The notes: a model not told the origin generated them from the sequence alone. A stretch of DNA of 64,000 nucleotides from Gammaproteobacteria bacterium (GCA_026196615.1 JAPHSW010000144.1:23987-87986), one strand, 5' to 3'; counted from the first letter of the stretch, positions 50,656 to 60,929 are shown. Numbers and translations: made by a program.

Positions 50656-51204
50656 ATGTCATTTTCAGGAATTCATATTAGTCTAGATAGATCAACAAAC
50701 TTAATTTCCAATAATAGAGGTTTTAGTCTTATTGAAATTATGATTGTTGTTCTTATTATTGGTATCAGTGCCAGTATGGCTATTCTGTATATTGATAATA
50801 GTGATGAACGATTAAAAACTGAGGCAAAACGTATATTAGCAATGGTACAGTTGGCGCGTGATGATGCAATTATGACAGGTCAAAGCATGGCTTTGACCAT
50901 TGATACATCTCAAGGTATAGCACAATATTATTTTTCAAAACTTGAAAATGGTAAATGGATTTCTTTTTCAAATAAACCTTATAGTGTTATTTCCCTCAGC
51001 CATGATATTAAAATACGTTCAATCCTTTCAAAAAAGGCATCAAGTACTTCTGTAAATGATCTTGAGAATAAAGAATTGATTCATTTTTTACCGACAGGGG
51101 AAACGAGTGAGTTTCAAATTTGGATGAATAATGAAAATACTGAATATATTTTAAGTAGTACCATTTTAGGTGAGTTGTCTTTAAAAAAATCTGAGCAATT
51201 GTAA
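50656..51204 (+). CDS. gspH: Minor pseudopilin GspH
   Basis: 'NRGFSLIEIMIVVLIIGI' prepilin motif, and position after gspG. Confidence 0.8.
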   Translation: MSFSGIHISLDRSTNLISNNRGFSLIEIMIVVLIIGISASMAILYIDNSDERLKTEAKRILAMVQLARDDAIMTGQSMALTIDTSQGIAQYYFSKLENGKWISFSNKPYSVISLSHDIKIRSILSKKASSTSVNDLENKELIHFLPTGETSEFQIWMNNENTEYILSSTILGELSLKKSEQL

Positions 51205-51656
51205 TGAGGTTGTTTAATTATTCCTCTGATAAATCACGTAATATCTATGTATCAAGTATTCACATGAATGCTGCTCCAGTTCAGAAGGGGTTTACACTCA
51301 TTGAAATAATAATTGCTTTAATGGTTATTTCAGTTGCTCTTGGTGCTGTAATTGCAACGACGAGTAATAGTATTAAACATGGGGCGCACATTAAAGATAA
51401 AACAATTGCTCTTTGGGTTGCCCAAAATGCTATTGCAGATATTTCGATTAGAAAAGATTGGTTATCTACGGGGATGAAAACTCAAGACGTTACAATGTCA
51501 GGTAGACAATGGTTTATAAAAAATAATGTTACTCAAACACCTGATAAAAATATGCGTAAGATGGATGTTTCAATTTATACAGATCAATCTGCAGAAAATA
51601 AAGTACTGTCTTTGATTGCTTATATTGTTAAACCAAAAAGTTTCCAGAAACAATGA
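51204..51656 (+). CDS. gspI: Minor pseudopilin GspI
   Basis: 'QKGFTLIEIIIALMVISV'. The likely true start is the internal ATG at 51264. Confidence 0.8.
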   Translation: MRLFNYSSDKSRNIYVSSIHMNAAPVQKGFTLIEIIIALMVISVALGAVIATTSNSIKHGAHIKDKTIALWVAQNAIADISIRKDWLSTGMKTQDVTMSGRQWFIKNNVTQTPDKNMRKMDVSIYTDQSAENKVLSLIAYIVKPKSFQKQ

Positions 51657-52306
51657 AGTACTTATCAACTTCATTAAAAGAACCCAAAGGAGCTAAAGAA
51701 AAAAAGGGGTTTACCCTATTAGAATTAATGATCGCTATTAGTATTTTTGCCATAGTTTCTTTGTTAACTATGGGAGGGCTAAGTAATGTGTTGGAAACAC
51801 AGGAACATGCTGAGAAAAATATGAAAAGATTGATTCGTTTTCAAATGGCTTTTACTATTATGTCTCGTGAAATACAGCAGATATCACTACGCCCTGTAAG
51901 AGATGAATATGGCTCTGCAATTGATATGATTACTAGTCAAACGAGTGATGGCATAAATGGTATTGAGTTTACACACCAAGGTCGTTTCACTCTAGGAGAT
52001 ACAGTTAATTTACAACGGGTAGCTTACTATTTAGAAGATAATAAATTATTTAAAAAAGTGTGGCAAGTTTTAGATAGAGTTGAAGATACTCAGCCAGTAA
52101 AACAGGCTATATTAGATGATATTGATGAGCTGAAATTTTCTTTTTATAGTGTCAAACTTTCTGGTGAAGATGAAAATAGTACAACTGAAAATGAGCTTTC
52201 CTGGGAGGATACATTAGATGAGAACTCTCGGGTATTAGCTGTTAAAGTGTCTATTATATCCAAAGACTATGATGAACTGTATCGAGTATTTGAAATTGCT
52301 CAATAA
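51653..52306 (+). CDS. gspJ: Minor pseudopilin GspJ
   Basis: 'KKGFTLLELMIAISIFAIV', with an ATGA overlap with gspI. Confidence 0.8.
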   Translation: MKYLSTSLKEPKGAKEKKGFTLLELMIAISIFAIVSLLTMGGLSNVLETQEHAEKNMKRLIRFQMAFTIMSREIQQISLRPVRDEYGSAIDMITSQTSDGINGIEFTHQGRFTLGDTVNLQRVAYYLEDNKLFKKVWQVLDRVEDTQPVKQAILDDIDELKFSFYSVKLSGEDENSTTENELSWEDTLDENSRVLAVKVSIISKDYDELYRVFEIAQ

Positions 52307-53309
52307 GAAAAATATTACAGGAGTAGCAATACAGAGCCAAAAAGGAATGGCTTTATTAATGGCTATTATGATTGTTGCTCTAGTTGCTATTATTAGTGTT
52401 AACATGCTTTTTCAAAGACAGCTTGAAATTTATCGCACAGCCAATTTATATTTTAGAGAGCAAGCTTATCAGTATTCATTAGCTATTGAACGTTGGGGGG
52501 TTAGTGCACTTGCTCAGGATTTTGAACAAGAAAAAACCGATAAACAACACTCAGATAGTTATCAGGATATTTGGAATACAGCTTTAGTTAATTTTGAAGT
52601 TGAGCAGGCAAAAATCGATGGCATTATTTTAGATTTACAAGGTCGTTTTAATTTAAATAACCTCGTGGTAAATGGAGTCGTTGATAAAAAATGGGAAGCG
52701 ACCTATAAACGTCTTTTAAAAACTTTAAACTTACCATTAGCTTTGTCTGATTCTCTTGTTGACTGGATGGATGCTAATGAACAACCAACAGGGAGTTTTG
52801 GTGCTGAAGATATTTATTATATAGCACTTGATCAACCTTATAGAGCATCAAATCAGTCATTAGTTAATGTGTCTGAGTTATTTTTGATAAAAGGGTACGA
52901 TAAAAAAACGATAGATATTTTAAAACCTCATGTGTTTGTGTCAAAAGATATGACACCAATTAATATTAATACGAGTACACCAATTGTATTAATGTCGATT
53001 ATTCCAGGATTATTAGAAGATCAGGCTGAATCATTAATTGAACAAATTGATAAAACCCCATTCACGGAGGTTGAAACTTTTTTAAAAGATCCTCTGATTA
53101 AAGACAAGGCTATAGAGCCAGTTCAAATTAGTGTGGCTTCAAGTTATTTTACAGTTGTGAGTCATGTTTTAATTGATAAAACAATGGTGAGTTTACAAAG
53201 TGTACTTAAGCGTGATGAGCAAGGTACTATTCAGGTTCTTAATCGTCAAGAGTCATTATGGTATGAAAGTTCTGCAGACAAAAAGTCAGCACAAGATGAA
53301 AAACAATAA
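52269..53309 (+). CDS. gspK: Minor pseudopilin GspK
   Basis: 'QKGMALLMAIMIVALVAII' has no Glu at +5, as is typical for GspK. Size and order fit. The start is ambiguous because the track start overlaps gspJ by 38 nt. Confidence 0.75.
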   Translation: MMNCIEYLKLLNKKNITGVAIQSQKGMALLMAIMIVALVAIISVNMLFQRQLEIYRTANLYFREQAYQYSLAIERWGVSALAQDFEQEKTDKQHSDSYQDIWNTALVNFEVEQAKIDGIILDLQGRFNLNNLVVNGVVDKKWEATYKRLLKTLNLPLALSDSLVDWMDANEQPTGSFGAEDIYYIALDQPYRASNQSLVNVSELFLIKGYDKKTIDILKPHVFVSKDMTPININTSTPIVLMSIIPGLLEDQAESLIEQIDKTPFTEVETFLKDPLIKDKAIEPVQISVASSYFTVVSHVLIDKTMVSLQSVLKRDEQGTIQVLNRQESLWYESSADKKSAQDEKQ

Positions 53310-53343
53310 AATGTTGATAAGTGAATGATAAAGGAATTTTATT

Positions 53344-54744
53344 TTGAATAAGATGGTTGTATGGTTTCATTCTTTTCCAGATGAACCTGAAGTTATAATT
53401 GATAGCCAGTTATTTGAGCGAATTAATTTGTCTGTGTTTAGTAAGAGTAGTAATGATGAAAGGATGAAAGAATCATTTAATGGAGATTTTAATGATTTTA
53501 TAAAACATATTTCAAATAATGCTCCTTTTTCAGACATAAAAGTGGTTCTTCCAGCAAATGAAGTACTTTATACCAGTGTTTCGGTACCTAGTAAATCTAG
53601 AAATAGAATTATGCAGGCTTTACCTTTTTTATTAGAAGACTTATTGGCCTCAGATATTGACAAGCAGTATTTTGCACTAGGGGATATTCAATCAGACCAA
53701 TGTAATATTGCAATAACTAGAAGTTTTATTATTGATAAAATTTTTGAACAATTTAAAAAACACTCTTTGCCCGCTTCAATGATGACATCAGAAATTTTTT
53801 TAATTCCATGGACTGAAAAAAAATGGGGTATTGGCTTTATAGAAAATAATTTCGTCATAAGGACAGGTGAACAAGAGGGTATAACCAATATTGTACAAAA
53901 TATTGATTTTGTACTTCGACTTTTATTAAATAAAATATTACTTGACGAAGAACTTGAATCAGATGTGATTGATGATGTTCTGAGCTATGATACATCAGAT
54001 GATGAGTTGAATGAAGATAAAAAACAATCTGATAATTTAATAGCAGATTTTCCTGATACCATCATAATATATGGCTCAGAAAATGAAGAGGCTATAAAAA
54101 AAATAAAAAATATTGGTGAAGAGTATTTAATTGATGTTGAAGTAATTAATGAAAATATTTATGAGTGCGTACTTACTGAAGGAAAAAAAGCCTCAAAAAA
54201 TACTGATGCTATACATTGGGGAATTAATTTATTTCAAGGTCAATATTCTTCGTCTGATTTAACACAAATTAAAATTCCTTTTAAGAAGACACTTATTACT
54301 TTTTTTATATTAGCCTTTGTTAGTCAGGTTTTATTTATGGGGTATCAGTGGAAGATCTATAGTGATATGAACTCTAATGCAATGACTGAACTAGAATCTT
54401 TATACTTTAAAACCTTTCCTGATTCTAAACGTATTATTGATGTGCGTACACAAGCTGAGAGTAAATTACAAGAATTGCTAAATACTTCTTCTTCGAATAG
54501 TTCATTCTTAAGTTTGCTTGCTCTTGTTGGTGATGAAATTAGAAAAAATAAAAATATTCGAATTACAGCTCTGCAATACAATGATGGGATTTTGCAATTT
54601 GATATACAATCTAATGGTTTTGTTTTTAATACGTTGAAATCAAGTCTTGAAAATAAGCATAATTTATTAGTTGAAGAAAAATCTTCATCAAGAGTAAAAG
54701 GAAAAGTTCACTCTGTAATTAATTTTAGAGTTAATGAAAAGTAG
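53344..54744 (+). CDS. gspL: Type II secretion protein GspL
   Basis: Called from operon position and architecture: a cytoplasmic domain, a single TM 'LITFFILAFVSQVLFMGY', and a periplasmic domain. It contains an acidic insert. Confidence 0.65.
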   Translation: MNKMVVWFHSFPDEPEVIIDSQLFERINLSVFSKSSNDERMKESFNGDFNDFIKHISNNAPFSDIKVVLPANEVLYTSVSVPSKSRNRIMQALPFLLEDLLASDIDKQYFALGDIQSDQCNIAITRSFIIDKIFEQFKKHSLPASMMTSEIFLIPWTEKKWGIGFIENNFVIRTGEQEGITNIVQNIDFVLRLLLNKILLDEELESDVIDDVLSYDTSDDELNEDKKQSDNLIADFPDTIIIYGSENEEAIKKIKNIGEEYLIDVEVINENIYECVLTEGKKASKNTDAIHWGINLFQGQYSSSDLTQIKIPFKKTLITFFILAFVSQVLFMGYQWKIYSDMNSNAMTELESLYFKTFPDSKRIIDVRTQAESKLQELLNTSSSNSSFLSLLALVGDEIRKNKNIRITALQYNDGILQFDIQSNGFVFNTLKSSLENKHNLLVEEKSSSRVKGKVHSVINFRVNEK

Positions 54745-54766
54745 TATTTAAAGTTTAGGAATTAAT

Positions 54767-55255
54767 ATGTTTGCATTTTTTCAAAAATGGTCTTCATTAA
54801 AAAGAAGTGAGCAACAACTACTTCTATATGGTGTACCTCTTATACTTATTGCTATTATATATTTTTATATTTGGGTGCCTTACAATCAGTCAATTGTTAA
54901 TTTAAAGCAACAAGTAACTTCTACACAAGAAGATATTATGTGGTTGACAAAATTGTCGACACAGATAAAGGAGTTAAAAACAGGTACTCTTTCTAAAGGT
55001 TCATTTACAGGCTCATTTATTAATGTTGTTGATAAAAGTATCAAACAGAACAAGCTCAATAAATATGTTACCTTATTGGAGAAGTCAGGTGATGATAATA
55101 TTGTTGTTAAATATGAAAAAATAAACTTTGATCAACTTATTAAGTATTTAGGATATATAAAAAATCGCTATGGTATTTCAATTAAATCAATTGATGTGCA
55201 AAGAACGAATGATGGTAAGTTGGTTAACTCCCGATTTATACTAAAAAAGTTGTAA
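54767..55255 (+). CDS. gspM: Type II secretion protein GspM
   Basis: 162 aa with an N-terminal TM 'LLLYGVPLILIAIIYFYIWVP', in the position after gspL. Confidence 0.65.
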   Translation: MFAFFQKWSSLKRSEQQLLLYGVPLILIAIIYFYIWVPYNQSIVNLKQQVTSTQEDIMWLTKLSTQIKELKTGTLSKGSFTGSFINVVDKSIKQNKLNKYVTLLEKSGDDNIVVKYEKINFDQLIKYLGYIKNRYGISIKSIDVQRTNDGKLVNSRFILKKL

Positions 55256-55274
55256 TCTACTGTAAGGAATACTA

Positions 55275-56438
55275 ATGCCAAATCAACAGCTTAAATTTGC
55301 ACTCATATTTATAGCTTTAGGAGCCATACTTGGTTGGTTTGGTAACGAAGCTTTTAATCAAAATAGATCAAAATCTATAGAAAATAATGCTATTACATCT
55401 GTTGATACTTTATCCAATGTAAAAAAAAATACGAGCAAGCAATCTGTTTTATCTAAATCAGAACAAACTGAAAAACAATTTATTCAACTTTTAAAGAATG
55501 TCCAATACGAAGATGCTTTGATTTTGTATCAGCTTGATGAAATTAATAATGAAAAATTATTATTGCCCCATCTGCTCTTGAAAATAGTTGAACTCACAGA
55601 GCAGTTAGAGCCAAAAGTATTTAATTTATTAGATACTTTTTTACAAGAATATTATAATAATTCTAATATTCTTGTCTCTCAGGCAAAAGCTTTAATTGCT
55701 TTTGGGAAAAAAGATCAAGCATTTGATTCACTGTTTTTGGCAAAAAATTATGCACGAAATAATCAGGAGTATATTGAAATAAATCAGAAAATTTATGATT
55801 TATCTTTTAAAACTTTTGAACAAATAAAATTAAAAAATGAATGGCAACAAGGTGTTCATCTTTTTTCTATTTTGATAGAAAATGATCCTCAATTTCCTTT
55901 TTACCACTTGGCTATCGCAAAATCCTATATGAATATTGGTGAACGAGAAAGTGCGATACCACATCTTCAACTAATTTCTCAAGATACTACTTATGGTAAA
56001 CAAGCTTCAGAGATGTTAGAAATTGCGTTGTTGAGTGAAACGTCAAATACTATTAATCTTGAGGTTGAGGAACAACATTATATTGTGACTACTACTTTAG
56101 CTGATTCTTATCAGGTTAAACTTATAATAGACACAGGTGCTTCATATTCTTCACTATCTTCATATACAATTGCACAACTAGTTAATGATAATTTAGCTGA
56201 GAAAATAGATCGCAAAGAGGTTAACACGGCAGGTGGAAAAATTTCTGTAGATATTTATAAAGTACAGAAAATGTCTCTTGGGGTATTTTCAGTGGGTAAT
56301 ATTGATGTTGCTGAAATCGACCTGGAGACTTCATCAAATAAAAATGTTGATGGTTTATTAGGTGTTAATTTTTTAAATCAGTTTGACTTTTCAATTGATC
56401 AAAAAAATAAACAGCTTATGTTATCGCCTAAACATTAA
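55275..56438 (+). CDS. Membrane-anchored TPR-like protein with a C-terminal retropepsin-like (clan AA) aspartic protease domain
   Basis: N-terminal TM 'FALIFIALGAILGWFG', a helical-repeat middle, then 'VKLIIDTGASYSSLS' (D-T-G at 56130-56138) and 'VDGLLGVNFLNQF'. It begins 19 nt after gspM. Confidence 0.6.
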   Translation: MPNQQLKFALIFIALGAILGWFGNEAFNQNRSKSIENNAITSVDTLSNVKKNTSKQSVLSKSEQTEKQFIQLLKNVQYEDALILYQLDEINNEKLLLPHLLLKIVELTEQLEPKVFNLLDTFLQEYYNNSNILVSQAKALIAFGKKDQAFDSLFLAKNYARNNQEYIEINQKIYDLSFKTFEQIKLKNEWQQGVHLFSILIENDPQFPFYHLAIAKSYMNIGERESAIPHLQLISQDTTYGKQASEMLEIALLSETSNTINLEVEEQHYIVTTTLADSYQVKLIIDTGASYSSLSSYTIAQLVNDNLAEKIDRKEVNTAGGKISVDIYKVQKMSLGVFSVGNIDVAEIDLETSSNKNVDGLLGVNFLNQFDFSIDQKNKQLMLSPKH

Positions 56439-56462
56439 ATCAGGATGAACAGGATTTAATAT

Positions 56463-57314
56463 ATGAAATTATTTTTTTTACTTATACTGCTTAGTTTTTC
56501 ATTAAGTGGGTGTTATTCTAATTATTTTGTTAAAGAAAACTCAGTCTCTGATGAGACCAAACATGTTTCTTCAAATACAAGTGATAATGAATCAGCTGCT
56601 TCATACCTTAATATTGCTAAAGATTTATTTGTCGCAGGTCAATATAAGCAAGCCTATCAAATAGCCAGTAATTTGTCAGAACAAAATAATATAGAGGCTC
56701 AATACTTATTAGGGTACATGACATATTATGGATACGGAATACCTGTAGATACGACACAGGGCACAAAATTAATCACTATTTCAGCTGATCGTGGTTATAG
56801 ACCAGCTATTGAGGCACTTGTGTTGATAAAACATGGCTTAACGCCAGATAATAACTGTTCTTCAGTAAACTTACAGTCTGATGAAACTGAAGTTGCAAAT
56901 AATAAAATTCGTAAAGAAATCAAATCAGTAGAAGACGATATTAAATCTCCAAAGCTGAAGGAAGGAGAAGTATTAATTACACCGAAGAGAGAGAGAACAA
57001 ACAATAAGGATGTACTTGATTATGTTCAATCTTCAAAAACATGGGATCGCTATACAATTCAATTGATGATAACAAAATCAAAAACATATGCTCAAAGTTA
57101 TGTAAAAGATTTTAAGAAACAAAACCCTGATTTAAGTGAGTACATTATTAGCTATCAATCCAAAGATGAGCCTCATTCTTATGGTGTTGGTTTCAGTACT
57201 TTTAAGAAGAATGATGACGCTATAATTGTATTAGAAAATATAAAAAACCGACTTAATAGTCCATCATTATGGATCAGACGTCTAGATAAGTTTGAGCCAT
57301 TGAATATAGATTAA
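56463..57314 (+). CDS. Lipoprotein with Sel1-like repeats and a C-terminal SPOR (peptidoglycan-binding) domain
   Basis: Lipobox 'FSLSGC', Sel1-type 'AQYLLGYMTYYGYGIPVDTTQGTKLITISADRGYRPA', and a C-terminal 'YTIQLMITKSKTYAQSYV...YGVGFSTFKKNDDAIIVLENIK' SPOR pattern. Confidence 0.55.
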   Translation: MKLFFLLILLSFSLSGCYSNYFVKENSVSDETKHVSSNTSDNESAASYLNIAKDLFVAGQYKQAYQIASNLSEQNNIEAQYLLGYMTYYGYGIPVDTTQGTKLITISADRGYRPAIEALVLIKHGLTPDNNCSSVNLQSDETEVANNKIRKEIKSVEDDIKSPKLKEGEVLITPKRERTNNKDVLDYVQSSKTWDRYTIQLMITKSKTYAQSYVKDFKKQNPDLSEYIISYQSKDEPHSYGVGFSTFKKNDDAIIVLENIKNRLNSPSLWIRRLDKFEPLNID

Positions 57315-57342
57315 TAAGTCGGCTATGAATTTAGGTTTGTAT

Positions 57343-59187
57343 TTATTCTATAGCAATTAATATCTCATCAGGATTTACTGTATCACCTTTACCCACATAA
57401 ACCTCAGTTATTTTACCTGAAATAGGTGCCTGAATTTCCGTTTCCATTTTCATTGCTTCTGTGATGATCAAGGGAGTACCAGCCTCAACTACATCTCCAA
57501 CCTTCACCAGAACATCAACAATGACGCCTGGCATTGAAGTGGTAACATGACCTGGTTCAGTTGCTTTTGGGTTTTTACTATTCTTCTCCGTACTGGGTTG
57601 TGCATTGCTTCCTTGAGAAGATAAATCAATATCGGAAAGTATTTCAACTTGTAGCTCTTCTGGCACACCATCAAGAGTCATATAAAATGGACGTCGATCC
57701 TGATTGGGATGCCCTGTACCATTGACTTTGATATGATATTCTTCACCATGGAGTGTGATTAAAAATTCAGTAGGTGCATTTGAACAAATCGAAGCATTTT
57801 CACCAATGGGTTCAAGGTATTCTGGTATGAGTGTTCCAGATGAACGTTGTTCCAAAAATTCTTTACCAATATCTGGAAACATAGCATAGGTAATGACATC
57901 CTCTTCAGTTTTAGCCAAATCACCTATTTCAGATTTTAAACGTGTCAATTCAGGCTTAAGTAAGTCGGCAGGGCGACAGGTAATGACTTCTTCATTTCCA
58001 ATGGCTAATTGTTGTGTTTTTTTATTAACTTTGCCAGGTGCTTTTCCATATTTACCATTTAAATAAAGTTTTACTTCATTGGTAATGGTTTTATATCGTT
58101 CGCCTGTTAAAACATTAAGTACAGCTTGAGTACCAACAATCTGAGAAGTAGGTGTGACCAGTGGAGGATAGCCTAGTTCAGCTCGTACTCTTGGAATTTC
58201 ATCTAAAACATCATTCATTCGTGTAAGTTCACCTTGTTCCTTAAGCTGGTTTGATAGGTTAGATATCATGCCACCAGGAACCTGGTTAACTTGAACTCGT
58301 GTATCAAGACCTGTGAATTCACTTTCAAATTGATGATATTTTTTTCGAACCTGATAAAAATATGCTCCAATATCTTGTAGTGCGGGTAAGTCTAATTCAG
58401 TATCATAAGGTGTATTTAAGAGTGCAGCAATCATGCTTTCTGTTGTAGGATGACTGGTACCTTCAGCAAATGAAGATATGGCTGTATCAATACCACTGCA
58501 CCCTGCTTCAAGTGCTTTTAATTGACACATAGAGGCCAGACCAGCAGTTGCATGAGAATGCAACTGGACTGGAACATTTAGTGAATCAACCAATGCTTTA
58601 ACTAATTCAGATGTACTATAAGGCGTTAATAGCCCTGCCATATCTTTTATGACAATAGAATCACAGCCCATGGATTCCATTTGTTTCGCCATTTTGACAA
58701 AGAGCTTATTATTATGAACTGGGCTGGTTGTATAACAAATAGCCCCTTGAGCATGTTTGTCATTATTCTTAATGGCTTTAATGGAAGACTTGAGATTACG
58801 TATGTCATTCATGGCATCAAAAACTCGAAAAACATCAATACCATTTTGAGCTGATAATTTTACGAATTCTTTAACAACATCATCAGAATAATGTCTGTAT
58901 CCTAAAAGGTTTTGTCCTCTGAGAAGCATTTGCAGACGGGTATTTGGAAGTGCCTCTTTTAACTGTTTCAATCGTTCCCAGGGGTCTTCTTTTAAAAATC
59001 GTATGCAACTGTCAAAGGTTGCACCACCCCAGACTTCAAGGGACCAAAAGCCAATTTTATCCAGCTTTTCACAAATAGGCAGCATATCTTCTGTACGCAT
59101 ACGGGTTGCTATGAGTGATTGATGACCATCTCTTAAAACTGTTTCAGTGACACGTGTCTTTGGCATTGCTCTATCCTGATTGCTCAT
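57343..59187 (-). CDS. pycB: Pyruvate carboxylase subunit B (carboxyltransferase + biotin carrier; OadA-like)
   Basis: HMGL-like TIM barrel 'ETVLRDGHQSL' and a C-terminal biotinyl domain 'EAMKMETEI'. It is adjacent to a biotin carboxylase gene, and no oadB or oadG is present. Confidence 0.7.
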   Translation of the reverse strand: MSNQDRAMPKTRVTETVLRDGHQSLIATRMRTEDMLPICEKLDKIGFWSLEVWGGATFDSCIRFLKEDPWERLKQLKEALPNTRLQMLLRGQNLLGYRHYSDDVVKEFVKLSAQNGIDVFRVFDAMNDIRNLKSSIKAIKNNDKHAQGAICYTTSPVHNNKLFVKMAKQMESMGCDSIVIKDMAGLLTPYSTSELVKALVDSLNVPVQLHSHATAGLASMCQLKALEAGCSGIDTAISSFAEGTSHPTTESMIAALLNTPYDTELDLPALQDIGAYFYQVRKKYHQFESEFTGLDTRVQVNQVPGGMISNLSNQLKEQGELTRMNDVLDEIPRVRAELGYPPLVTPTSQIVGTQAVLNVLTGERYKTITNEVKLYLNGKYGKAPGKVNKKTQQLAIGNEEVITCRPADLLKPELTRLKSEIGDLAKTEEDVITYAMFPDIGKEFLEQRSSGTLIPEYLEPIGENASICSNAPTEFLITLHGEEYHIKVNGTGHPNQDRRPFYMTLDGVPEELQVEILSDIDLSSQGSNAQPSTEKNSKNPKATEPGHVTTSMPGVIVDVLVKVGDVVEAGTPLIITEAMKMETEIQAPISGKITEVYVGKGDTVNPDEILIAIE

Positions 59188-59239
59188 TATCGTTTAGATA
59201 TATATTTAGGCTCTATTAGCTGACTTTAATCTGAGAAAT

Positions 59240-60658
59240 TTACATTCCCTGATGAGCTGCTATTGCTGCTGCAAAGGCTAAAGCCAGATGTTGTTGAGAA
59301 CACTTGACCGAATAATTAATTAGTTCAGGGTGTTCTTCGACAAAACTGGTATTAAATGATGCATTTATAAAATCATCAGAGTTTAGTATCGCGTGTTGAT
59401 AGGGGATGGTAGTCTTTACGCCATAAACCCCCATATCTTTCAAAGCCCTTTTGGAGCGTTGTATGACTTCATCCCATTCTAAAGCCCAGACGATTAATTT
59501 GGCACACATAGAGTCGTAATAGGGTGGTATTACATAGCCTGTATAAATGGCTGCATCGGTACGTACACCTGGTCCACCGGGAGCTAAATATCGAGTGATT
59601 TTTCCATAAGTTGGTAAAAAGTCATTTTTTGGATCTTCTGCATTAATACGAAACTCTAAAGCGTAACCACGTATTTGAATGTCATCTTGCTTAAAACGTA
59701 ATTCAAGCCCACTTGCAATTCGAAACTGTTCCTGAACAATATCAATACCGGTTATTTGTTCTGTAATTGTATGTTCAACCTGAAGACGTGTATTCACTTC
59801 CATGAAATAAAATTCATTATCTTCAGCCATTAGAAATTCAACAGTACCTGCATTAGTATATCCCGCTGCTTTTGCAGCTTTAACTGCTAATTCACCAATA
59901 TAGTTTCTCTGACTTGTGCTAAGTTGTGGGGATGGAGCAATTTCAATGAGTTTTTGATGTCTGCGCTGTATAGAGCAATCACGTTCAAATAAATGAATAA
60001 CATGACCATGCTCATCTGCTAGTATCTGGACTTCAATATGTTTAGGATTGACGATGCACTTTTCCATAAAAACATCTGCGGAACCAAATGCTTTTGTTGC
60101 TTCTGAAATGACTCTGGGATAATTATTTTTTAATTCAGTTTTATTGCTACAAAGTCTAATACCACGACCACCGCCACCTGATGTTGCCTTTAGCATGACA
60201 GGATAGCCGATTTTCTTAGCGACACTGATGGCTTCATCAATGTTTTTAAGATTGCCATCACTACCTGGTGTTACTGGTACTCCAGCAGCAATCATTGTTG
60301 CTCTTGCATGTGTTTTATTGCCCAGGTTTTCAATAACATCAGATCTTGGACCAATAAATTTGATATTTCGACGTTCACAAATTTTTGCAAATAGTGAGTT
60401 TTCTGATAAAAAACCATAACCAGGATGAATTGCATCACAGCCAGATGCAAGTGCAATGTTGACTAGACGGTGAGCATTAAGATAACCACCTACAGGATCG
60501 GGACCTAGACAATAGGCTTCATCTGCTTTTTTGACATGCAATGCATTTCGATCAGCATCTGAATAGACTGCAACTGAGGTAATATTCATTTCGGCACAGG
60601 CTCGAACCAGTCGAACAGCAATTTCACCACGGTTTGCGATGAGAATTTTTTTAATCAC
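59240..60658 (-). CDS. pycA: Pyruvate carboxylase subunit A (biotin carboxylase)
   Basis: 'KKILIANRGEIAVR', ATP-grasp 'GGGGRGIR', and 'EVNTRLQVEH'. Confidence 0.75.
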   Translation of the reverse strand: MIKKILIANRGEIAVRLVRACAEMNITSVAVYSDADRNALHVKKADEAYCLGPDPVGGYLNAHRLVNIALASGCDAIHPGYGFLSENSLFAKICERRNIKFIGPRSDVIENLGNKTHARATMIAAGVPVTPGSDGNLKNIDEAISVAKKIGYPVMLKATSGGGGRGIRLCSNKTELKNNYPRVISEATKAFGSADVFMEKCIVNPKHIEVQILADEHGHVIHLFERDCSIQRRHQKLIEIAPSPQLSTSQRNYIGELAVKAAKAAGYTNAGTVEFLMAEDNEFYFMEVNTRLQVEHTITEQITGIDIVQEQFRIASGLELRFKQDDIQIRGYALEFRINAEDPKNDFLPTYGKITRYLAPGGPGVRTDAAIYTGYVIPPYYDSMCAKLIVWALEWDEVIQRSKRALKDMGVYGVKTTIPYQHAILNSDDFINASFNTSFVEEHPELINYSVKCSQQHLALAFAAAIAAHQGM

Positions 60659-60821
60659 ATGTATCCCTCGTGTCCGTCAAGCGTTGATAATTTTCCACAA
60701 AAAAATAATTGCAAAAAATTGAATTCTTAATGAAATATGGCTTATTTTTGTCTTTTGTCAATGTAAATGGCTGAGATAGTGAAAAATAATGCTTAATTAG
60801 TGAATTTAATTGTGAAAGATT

Positions 60822-60850
60822 TTGACATGAATATTCAAAAACAATAAAAT
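60822..60850 (+). promoter_or_regulatory. Candidate sigma-70 promoter for yceD-rpmF
   Basis: TTGACA (60822-60827), a 17-nt spacer, then TAAAAT (60845-60850), about 80 nt upstream of yceD. Confidence 0.45.
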
Positions 60851-60929
60851 AGCGGATTATCTTGAGTAGTATTGTAATTATTGCTTGTTTTTAGTTTGGA
60901 TAAGAAGTTAGAACGAGTGGAAAGTAGTT

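Noticed and set aside
57343-59187. This gene could be the alpha subunit of a Na+-translocating oxaloacetate decarboxylase.
   Set aside because: No beta or gamma membrane subunit genes are adjacent. The neighbouring gene is a biotin carboxylase, which fits a two-subunit pyruvate carboxylase.
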